Shown: one piece after another, positions 53,701-64,000 of the stretch | Layout: every line of letters starts with the position of its first letter | Numbering within the stretch: position 1 is the stretch's first letter | Source of the DNA: the human T2T-CHM13v2.0 reference genome, Homo sapiens | Direction: 5' to 3' (one strand) | Assembly (NCBI RefSeq): GCF_009914755.1 | Contig: NC_060944.1 | Length of the DNA: 64,000 nucleotides | Notes under the pieces: generated by a model | Told to the model about the DNA's origin: nothing | Databases searched by the model: none | Seen by the model: only the letters and a program-made list of their open reading frames with translations | Position numbers and translations under genes: made by a program

Positions 53701-54258
53701 TGTGGCAGATTATATTTTCCAAAGATGGTCATGACCACGCCACTTATCCCACAAGTTCTTACAATGTGATCTTGTCACTCCCCACCAGGAGGTGGAGTTT
53801 ATGTCCCCTCCTCTGGGACCTGCGTGGACCTTTGTGATGGGCTGGACCAATGGAGTATGGAGAACAGGCTTCTATGTGACTTCTGAAGCTAAACATAAAA
53901 GTTACAACAAGTCATGAAAGAGAAAAGCTTTTGCTCTTGGAGCCCAGCCACTATGCTGGGAGGAAGCCCAAGCCACATGAAGAGGTCAGAGATAGGTGTT
54001 CCAGCTAACAGCCCCAGTTGAGGCCCCCAGGTGGCAGCCAGCATTAACCTCCAGACTTGTGAGTGAGGAGTCTGGCTTATATATAACTCCAGCTCTAGCC
54101 ACTGTCTTATGCAACCACAGGAAGGAGCCCCCAAATGAAGCCACCTACCTGAGCTAGTTATGGTTCATCAAAAAAATAAGACATAATGAAAAATACATTA
54201 CTGTCTTATGCCACTAAGGTTCTGGTGACTTAGCATGCAGCAATAGATAACTGGAGCA
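53701..54258 (+). mobile_element. MLT1F/G-type LTR inserted in an L2 3' end
   Basis: tgtggcagattatattttccaaagatgg...gcagcaatagataactggagca; perfect 5-bp TSD AGCAC; L2 (minus) resumes at cacctactatgtgccaggc. Confidence 0.9.
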
Positions 54259-54765
54259 AGCACCTACTATGTGCCAGGCATTGTGCAATCTGCTTTAACA
54301 ACAGTTGAAGCAGACTTTGTCCCTGACCTTAAGGAGACCATAGCTTAGTGGGGACATAAAAAAGTAACCAATCACAAGCCTGCACTGTATGAACAGGTGA
54401 CAGAGGGGCATGCAAGATACTTTGGGAACAAACCAGGCTTCGGGAATGTAACAAGGCCTGAGGACATCAGGGAAGCATCCTCAGAGGAGAAGATTGTTTA
54501 ATTGAGTCTTCAGAAGGAGTCAGTGTCAATTAGATGAAGGAAAACAGAGCTTTTCATTCATTCTAAGGAATTTTGGGAAAATAATGTAGCAAAAATAGAT
54601 AGAAAAAACTATGAGAAAGCCTGCTCACTTAAAAACATATTATAAAACCTCAATAATCAATACATTAATAATTAAAACCTCGATAATTGATTGGCTTATT
54701 GACAGACCATTTGACTAATGAAACATCAAAAAGTGCAGAAATAGATCTAAATGTTACAGAGATTT

Positions 54766-54768
<3 letters not shown>

Positions 54769-54816
<48 letters not shown>
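54769..54816. repeat. (GT)~24 microsatellite within an old L1 fragment
   Basis: Uninterrupted gt run. Confidence 0.95.
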
Positions 54817-54819
<3 letters not shown>

Positions 54820-55670
54820 GGGGCATTCCAAAGAGGGACTTTTCCAGAAATGCATTGTACTGCATGCTATATACACCAAGATAATATCCAAATGGGTCAA
54901 GATTTTAAATGCAAAAAGAAATCCCAATCCACTGAAATTTTAGAAGAAAATACAGAAAAATAGAATTTTAGAAAGAAAATAATTTTGTATAACTTTGGAA
55001 GTATCTAAAGTCTTTTTTAAATCAAAATCCAGAAATATTAAGGGAAAGATTGATAAATTTGACTACATGATAAAAAAAAATTGTGTAATGCCAAAAGAAA
55101 AAGAGAGGGAAAGAGAAGCCTTAAGCTAAGTCTAAAAACAAAGACTTCTATGAAGGTTGAAGATAGGTACAATGTCAACCTGAAAAACTGCAGCTTCTCC
55201 TTAGCAATCCTAAGATATCTATAGCTTCTTGAACCTCTTACAGAGGGCCTGAAACAGAGTAGATGTTTAATAAGATATATTGCATGATCCTGTTACAGAA
55301 ACTCTCACTAAGATGGAAGTTCTGGTTTAATCTTGACTCAGTTATGTGACCTGGAACATAAATGGGTATGTGCACACACATGTGTTCCATGCACTGGGGG
55401 GAAGTAGAGCAGGTGATTGCTTCCCTACTGCCCTACCACCTCATTCCTGGAAAAAACACATCACCACTTTCAAGGTAATACATTGACGCAGTGATCAAGA
55501 CTGCCAGGCAAGGCCACAGAGGCAGCATTAAAGCAAGCCCAAGAATCAGGCATTGTTCTATGGATCTCACTGTTCCCCTAACCTGAGGCTCACTTCTTCA
55601 AAAGTCAGGATCTGGCTGCATCTTGCTGAACCTCAATTTTCCCATCAGTACAGTAAAATGGGCACAATGA

Positions 55671-56113
<443 letters not shown>

Positions 56114-58707
56114 TTTGCTGGAGATTCTATTACGATAAATATGTAGGCCAGGCGCCGACTGGATAAATAGGCAACCTCCACTTGTGCTTCTCTGTCTGGA
56201 GGAGTTTCTTGCCTTTAAGGTACATTGCATAGATGAACAGAACACATTACCAAAGATGCACAGGAACAAAATGAAAGCATCAAGAACACCCTGACCTGCT
56301 ACTCAGGATACTGGGCCATAGGCCCCACTCTCATGATTTCAGGCTGAGAGATAAGGAGCTGTTAAAGCTGGGGTTTTGTTTCTCATTCCTCCCTAAACAC
56401 AGTGAAGCTTGGGAGGCATTAAATGGATCAAGCATTTTTCAGAACAAGGTAGAGAAAAAAAGACGTGGAGGTATGTCATGCTTAGAAAACACAAGGCTAG
56501 CCCCTCTGAAGGTGCTGACCGACTCCCTGGAGTTTACTATTTGTGTAGACCTTACAAAGCTCAAGTTTGGGGTGTCTGCCTGTCAGTTTCTGCTTCCTGG
56601 TTTCCATCATGAGGCCTCTGAGGACTCCACCTAACCATGTTATCCAGTCCCTGCCACTTTAAATCAAGGATCTGAAAGGCAGCCTCTCCATTTAGCTGAC
56701 AGGAGAGGCAGCTTTCAAGAGTCTTCTGTATCCTTTGTCAGTGAAAGTCACATGGGGGAATAACCCAAACTTTTCTTCCCTTTCCAGTGTAGTGAAATGG
56801 TAAGTTTCAAGCATATGAAAAACTCAGCCATTGGAACATCATGGGGTCGATTAAGCCAGTAATGACTCAAACCAAAGAGCTGGGGAATCTTCCGACTAAG
56901 TAATAGGGTAGTGAATGCACAGAAAGGCAGAGGCAAAAACCGAATTGTAGCATCTAGTTCATGAGCCTTTGCATGACTTTGGTCTCAACACCGGCACAGT
57001 AATCATCATGGAATCTCAGAATCACTGGAGGAGCAGGATCCCCCAAAACCCATCTCTGTGATCGCTATTGGATGCCAAAATCCTCCGCACATCTTCATCT
57101 AGTGGTCACCCAGCCTCTGATAGCCTCCAGGCTTGAAACTCTACTCTGAAATATTAAGAAGGGAAGCTGTGTTCACCACTCAGACACCCACTCCTATTTC
57201 ACCTCCCTGAAGAAACCTTCCCTGTCTGCCCTCTCAGTCACTCTCTAATACCTTGTCTGACTTTGCCTTCTTAATAGATGTGTTAGGTGCTGACCCAGGC
57301 ATGGAGGTTCTGACTGTGATGTCATGTAGCTTACTTATTGCCATTTAGACTGAGCTGGCGAGCTCATTTATCTAATCTGTTAAAACCAGATTTGGTGGAA
57401 AGTGAGGACCTCAATATTTCCACATTTGCTGACAACCTTAAACTCTCATCGAAGAGTGGGAAGTTGTTGCTTGGAATCACATTAAGATTAATAATGACAA
57501 TAGAGATAATGACAACTGCAAATATAGCAACTCTCCCACTCACAATGGCAGTCCCGATTGCACAAAGAATCCAGTACCAGGAAGGGACACATTTTAAGCT
57601 ATCTTGGAACTGTTTCCTAATCTGTGGGATAAAGATAGATCAAACACCACTTTGCATTTTTTAAACCTTGAATAAATAGGTAAATAGCCCCTTTGTTAAG
57701 TAGGAGAAAATATTGGGAGGAGACGAGTTTAGGCTTCTCAATATGTTTCCATCTCATTGGCCAGCAGGTCTATGGTTCAGAGAGAGGTTGAAGCTGGAGA
57801 CAGGGATTTCAGAATTATCTGTAGAGTCTCTTGGTTGAGGCCTTGGGAATTAATGAAATTGCAGTACCAGAGAGTACCGGAGGAGAAGGGAAGTGGGGAG
57901 CTGTCCTAGAGAACAAGCTAGAATAGAAACAGTCAAGACAGCCAAAGCAGGAGTATCCGGAGACCAACGTGAAGGGAAAGAAGTGAGAGACATGTGGAAG
58001 AGGTGGCAACTCCTGCCAAAGGGGATTAAGAACAAGGAGTTCTAAGAACTTTCTGCAGGGCTGTTGGTTGGAGACGCTGCCTCCATGCAAATCTCATTTG
58101 CCGCTGTCAATCCAGATCCTGTCCCACCACGACCATTTCTGAGAAACAGACTCAAGACATGAAAAAAAACCCTCTTTCTGTAAAATTGGTTCGTGAAACA
58201 GACTACAGGCATTAATATCCTTTATGAGTGACAATTTAGGGCCAATATTTACACTTTGTAATGTTCGTTCTCTTTCTCTCGGGACAGAAAAGAATGTTGC
58301 CAATATCAATGAATAAACATTAATAAAATCAAATATAATCTTGTTCCATCTGGAATCAACCTTTAAAAAAATTCTTAACATCTGTATATAATATACATAC
58401 ACCTCTATGTACAATAGGGAAATCAGATTTTGCCTGAGAGATGTGCACAGTATTTAATGCCAATTTATTTGGTTCCACCTTTTCTCCAGACTGCTTTAGA
58501 AGGGTAGCGTCCCTAGAATTGAGATTCTGAATTAGTTTCCTCTGACTCTCAGGTACAGAATGTCCAGCTCAAGCCAAGACATATCAAATATTTATCCACT
58601 CCCAGATTTTCAAAAATCCAGCTTTCTGTCTCCTCCTGCAGCTGACCTCCTCTGGCAGAAATTCAGCCTCAAACTGGGAGAAATGAGTGGATCACCAGAA
58701 TCAAAGC

Positions 58708-58715
58708 TGACGTCA
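58708..58715. promoter_or_regulatory. Perfect CRE palindrome TGACGTCA (second CRE-like TGACGTGG at 58737)
   Basis: Motif match only; function not shown. Confidence 0.3.
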
Positions 58716-59108
58716 GTGGTACTGTGGGTTGGTGTATGACGTGGGAACCCTGACAAACAGAAATGAATGTTTATAAATGTTAGATCTCAGGTCTGCAAGG
58801 AAAGATCTTGCTGTACTTCACAAATGGACTTGCTTTTTAATATGTCTCCTGTTTCAGGACAAGTAATGTTGGTCAGAACTCTGGGGGTGAACCTAGGGGC
58901 TCGTACCACTTGGGGCTGCGTTGTCACTCCTGTCCTCAGCATCGCAGAGGCCAAACTGTACCCAGATGAGACCCCAGGGAAAGAGAAAAGAATCTTGGGC
59001 ACGGGGGTCATTATTCAAAGAACCTGGTGTAGTGCGTGGGAGATACTGCATGCACCTCTAACTCAGACATATCATTAATTCACACCATCCCTCTTGTGCC
59101 TACTAAAC

Positions 59109-59328
59109 CAGGATTTCTCAGCCTCACCACCATTGACATTTTGGGCCAGAAAATTCTTTTCTTGTGGAACTGCTCAGTGCACTGTAGGATGTTTAGAAGC
59201 ATCCCTGGCCTCTACCCAGAAGATGCCAGTAGTACTGTCCCGGTTGTGACAAGCAGAAATGGGTCCAGATACGGTCAAATGTCCTCTGGTGAGAGGGTAG
59301 CAAAATGGCCCCTGGTTAAGAACTACTG
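59109..59328. mobile_element. MER20
   Basis: caggatttctcagcctc...gcatccctggcctctacccagaagatgccagtag...ggttaagaactactg. Confidence 0.9.
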
Positions 59329-60759
59329 CAGTGAATTATTCAAGGGACCATGAGTGAAGTTTTGAATAATCCACACCTGAGCTAAGTGGTGCCAGAGAGA
59401 TACTTGCAGGACCTCAGCTTTGTTAGTCTGACATCTCTCCTATAAGCCCACCGACTGGAGACCCCAAGCATGCTGCAGCCCCTACCTAACAGATCTTCAT
59501 TTATTCCATTACAGGCTGTGGGCAGCATTTCTTCATTTCAGATAGAATCTTCCAGAGTTTAGGAACAGAGCAGGCTGCCTTCTCTCCTCTTGCCAGGAAT
59601 TTCAGTGCGACATTGAACATGTCACTGGAGTTTGCTTGTTGCAAGGACAAACACTTCTCCTGGCACCTCACCCCCACACCTGCCTAGAGACAAGGCTGCC
59701 CAGGCTGTTTAAAGGGAAATCAGTACTGTGCCAGGCCTGTCCAAGTGAATTTTTTCTTTGAGCAAATACCCCTGCCTACTTGTTCATTTTTAAAACCATA
59801 GGTCTTCCTGGTGAGGGGGCTTCAAATAAACTACAACAAAGAGTAAAGTCTTTATCCCTTAGTAGGAAGAGAAGAAGAGCCTCCAACAATAATTTATTCA
59901 TTCATCCACTGGTAATAAAGGCAGGGCTGTGATCACAAGAGAGGAGATACAGACTTCTTGGTCTCAGGGGATTTGCAAGGCCCAGAGTGTCCAGTGGTAT
60001 AGATCTATCAAGGAGAAGCTTCCTTGGTAAACTTAGTGCCTACTGATCCAGGAAGGAATATGTGCTGCTCACTTCATCCCTCTGTCTCCATGTCCCACCT
60101 GGTAAAAATCAGTCCTGACAATACCAAAACTTTGCCAATTCTACTTCTGAAATATCTCCTGGCTCAGATCCCTCCATCTTTGCAGTTCCTAACGTATTAA
60201 TAGTTCAGGTATCATCTTCGTTTGTTCCTCTGAACTAATGTAATTGCTTTCTCATGCCTTTCCTTCCCACTTCCATACGGAATACCACGGCGGTCTTTGT
60301 AAAACCCAACAGAATGAGAAAACGCTCATATCCCTCCTCACCAAATACCATAAACAATGTTTGAAAATAAAAACAAAATTGTCACGTGGAAGAAACAAAA
60401 ACACTTGCAATGTTTGTAACAGAAAACCTAATATCTATATTTCTGACTCTCTCCTGGCTTCCACATATGTGAAGAACTCTCACAAATCAGTAAGAAAATG
60501 CCAAAAATAGGCAAAGGCCATGATTAAGCAAATACCAAAAATGAATTTTTAAAACGAAAAATACAAATATGAGAAATGTGCAACCTTACTTCTAATTGAG
60601 GGCCACAAATTAAACAAGTATATTTTAACCTCTTAGATTAGCAAAAATGTAAGAGGTTGGCAACAGCAGGTGTTGACAAAAATTCACAAAAATGGGAGCT
60701 CTCATAATGGTTGGAAGTGTAAATTGGTGTATAATTTATCAAAGGCAATTTTCCTACAT

Positions 60760-61741
60760 TGTGTTTGTTTTCTACTGCTACATAACAAATAACTATAAAT
60801 TTAGTGGCTTAAAACAACACACATTCATTTTCTCACAGTTTTAGTGGGTCAGGAGTCCAGGCAGAACTTAACTGGGTTCTCCGCTCAAGGTCCCACAAAG
60901 CTGCAATGGAGGTGTCAGCCAGGGCTTAGATCTCATCTTAGGCTGAGTCTTCTTCCAAGCGCACATAATTATTGGCAAAATTCATTTCCTTGCAGCTGCA
61001 GACTTTTTGAGGCTTGCTTCTTCCAGGCTAGCAGGAAAGAGGGTCTCTGACTTCCAGACTCTTTTAAAATGTCTCAGTTGATTAGGTCAGGACCACTCAA
61101 AATTAACTCTGTTGATTAAAGTCATCTGATTAGAAACCTTAGTTTTATCCCAAAATCCCCTCACTTTTACCATATATTGAAACATATTCACAGGATTGAC
61201 ACCCATTGCCTTTGCCATATTCTATGGCGATATGGTTTGGATCTGTGTCCCCGCCCAAATCTCATGTTTACTTGTAATCCCAATGTTGGAAGCAGACCCA
61301 GTGGGAGGTGACTGGATCATGGAGGCAGAGTTCTCATGAATGGTTTAACATCATCTTCCCTTGGTACTGCATAGTGAGTGAGTTCTCACAAGACCTGATT
61401 GTTTAGAAGTGTCTAGCACCTCCTCCAACCTCTCTTTCTCCTGCTCTGGCCATGTAAGATTTGCATGCTTCCCCTTAATTCCGCCATAATTTTAAGTTTC
61501 CTGAGATCTCCTCAGAAGCCAGACTGATGCTGCCATGCTTCCTGTACAGCCTGTGGAACAGTGAGGCAATCGAACCTCTTTTCTTTATAAATTACCCAGT
61601 CTCAGGTATTTCTTTATAGCAGGGTGAGAACAGAGTAATGCATATGGGTTAGAAGCAAGTCACAAGTTCCACCCATGCCCAAAGGGAGGGGATTAAAGAA
61701 AGACACAGATCATCAGAGATCATCTTATAATTCTGCCAACA
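60760..61741 (-). mobile_element. MLT1E-type LTR (split by MST), inside an old L1 3' region
   Basis: ttagtggcttaaaacaacaca...gggtcaggagtccaggc...gttagaagcaagtcac. Confidence 0.8.
61228..61642 (+). mobile_element. MSTA-type MaLR LTR
   Basis: gatatggtttggatctgtgtccccgcccaaatctc...ccatgcttcctgtacagcctg; perfect TSD TATGG. Confidence 0.92.
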
Positions 61742-62799
61742 GCATATATAGACCAAAACTTAAAATGTTTACAATCTTTGCCATAGTAATCTCACTTGTA
61801 GGACTATATCCCAAAGAATTAAGTGGACTAGAACATATATATGCCCACAGAAGCCTTTTCATCATTCTGCTATTTGAAATCATGAATATATATACTATAG
61901 TAGCAACCCCAATATCCATAAAAATGAGTTCAAATAATTTATGATATATGCACATGGCCTATCGTATAGCTGTTAAAAAAAAACACAAGTGATCAAAAGG
62001 TATTTAAGTAAAAAGAGTGCTATGATGTATTAAGAGGAAATAGCAAGTTTAAGTCCATCTACACTTATATTTATATATAACTGTGAAAATGAACCTAAAA
62101 TTGTAAAATAACATACAGCTATTAGCAGACAGTATCTTCAGGTATGGGAATAGATGGCAATCTTTATTTTCTGTGTAGTTTTTATGGTGTGAAACTTTTT
62201 GAAATAGCTGTGTATTCCTTTTATAACAAGACACAACAAAAGAGCTGTTTTTTAAATGCGAGAGTATTGGTTTGTAAAATGAGTAGTGTACAAAATAGTA
62301 TACTCAAGGGCATCTTATGTTTTGTAAAATATAGATGAGAAGAAGAAAACTTGTTAGGGAAGACACAAAATTTTAATAGAGGCTAGATAGACGTTGGTAT
62401 TATGGGATGTCTTGAGGTTCTATTTTAGCTGTTTTCTGCATTTTTCCAATACAACATGTACATTATTTTCATAGTTTTTCAAACCAATTCCTGCTATCTT
62501 TTTTTTAAGTGTAGAAAAGGAACCATACATAGGGAAAAAAAAAATAGCCAAATGCAGTCTCACTTCCCTGGTCTCCAGGCAGAGATGGCCTCCAACATCT
62601 GAGCACTCACTGACCACAGCTTCCTCCCATGGCTTAACAGTGCCTTCTATTGTGGCTGCCTCGCCCATCAGGCTGTAAGGGTACTGATGGCAGCACCCCT
62701 CGTTCACCTCTGCACCTCCAGTGCCTGTCACAGGGCCTGCCACAGAGTACTTCACGGCGGCTAAATAAACGAATGAAGAAGATACTGGCAGGCTAGAAC

Positions 62800-63170
62800 C
62801 TTGTAAGCAAATCAAAGTGTTCCAACAATCATCTTATTTGCAATGGTGAAGGATGGAGTTGAGGGAGCAAACTGGAGGCAGGGAGACAAGATGCCCTGGT
62901 TTATTAGGAGTAAGATATTGAGGACCTGGTGGCAAGGGAGCAGCAGTGCAGATGCACCGGAAGTGGAAAGGACAGAATTCAGGGAATAATGGGAGTAAGT
63001 GTCCACAGCAGCCAAGCATTGAGGGTAATGCCCATACTCTGGCTTGGACAACTGGGTGGTGACATTTGCCTGAATATGGAGCAAAAGCTTTTGAGAGAGA
63101 AAACATGACAACTTCAGGTTTGAACACACAGGGTTTGATGAGCAGAGACATCTGGGAGGTGCCACAAGGA
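62800..63170 (-). mobile_element. L2 fragment
   Basis: actggaggcagggagac...ctctggcttggacaactgggtgg...gtttgaacacacagggtttga. Confidence 0.7.
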
Positions 63171-63924
63171 GCTCCTTATGTCATCCTCCCAGCTGTCACC
63201 ACACACAGGGTTGATTCTGCAAACCACCGGAGCTTAATTGATGCATGTCTTCTGAGTAAAATTCATCTATCCCTCCTCAGGGATGAAATGCCCCCTGCCT
63301 TAGGATTCTGTGACTTCCTCAAGCCCAGAGAGATGGGGTGCAATGGGAGGGTTGAGTTACAGTGTCAGGCACTGCATAGGCTAAGGAGCTCCAGGGTCTG
63401 CTACTCTGCTATCTGGGAAGATGCTCATTTGCATTGGTTCCCTCTGCAGTGGGATGATTTTGTCCTTCATTTGCCTTCCCTGGATGATGCAGGCTGCCTG
63501 CATCCCCACTCTGAAAACTCTTTACACAGAACTGGCCGCACATTTCATAAAGCCATGAGTGATGTCAAAGAGCATGTACAATGGGGAGAAGACTGACTCT
63601 GGGCATTAATTTTACATTTGTAATCAGGGGATCTTAATCAAATGCCACCAAGCTACCATTGCAAGACAGCCTTCCACAAACACCACCCCTTGCACAGCTC
63701 AGGTTCTGCCTGGCACTCAAATTATCTGCAAAATGGTCCCTACCACCGTGCCCACTTATGCCCCAGGCCTCTCCATGGAGCCACATCCAGTTTCCTAAGC
63801 TTACTACATCACTCTTTGTGTTGTCCTCTCAGCCTTGATTGCCCTTCCAGATGTAACCTAACTAGTTCAGCCCTCTGCAGCCTTCAAAACCTAGCTCAGT
63901 CATCATCTGTCCTGGGGGATCTTT

Positions 63925-64000
63925 CATTTTTATTTTTTAAAATTTTACTTATTTTGGTTTTTGTTGTTGTTGTTATTTTTTTGTTTTGTTTTGTTTTGAG
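63925..64000 (-). mobile_element. T-rich tail of a probable Alu continuing past the window end
   Basis: (TTG)n/(TTTTG)n ending in ttttgag. Confidence 0.65.

Noticed and set aside
63066-63596. 176-aa ORF
   Set aside because: Starts inside an L2 relic, with no recognisable domain or coding-like composition

Overview
Primate (human-like) non-coding genomic DNA, either intergenic or deep intronic, with no supportable protein-coding gene. Most of the window is interspersed repeats: Alu/FLAM, many MIR and L2 relics, old L1M/HAL1 fragments, L1PA 3' fragments (the largest, 2.1 kb, carries the only real ORF, an L1 ORF2 remnant), MaLR LTRs (THE1, MST, MLT1), MER57A, LTR33, a split Tigger1, MER2, MER20, MER33 and MER58. 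Family calls come from recalled consensus sequences, so subfamilies and old-repeat boundaries are approximate. I found no new multi-gene biological system. The most notable observations are: a ~570-bp inversion shown by two independently split repeats (34581-35158); a TSD-flanked, poly(A)-tailed insertion of an antisense 5S rRNA fragment (3225-3306); a 1.5-kb unexplained insert inside Tigger1; a twin-primed L1; a candidate non-coding exon with a possible THE1 LTR first exon; a degenerate TGACCC/telomere-variant minisatellite; and several repeat-free, homeodomain-motif-rich islands that look like developmental enhancers.
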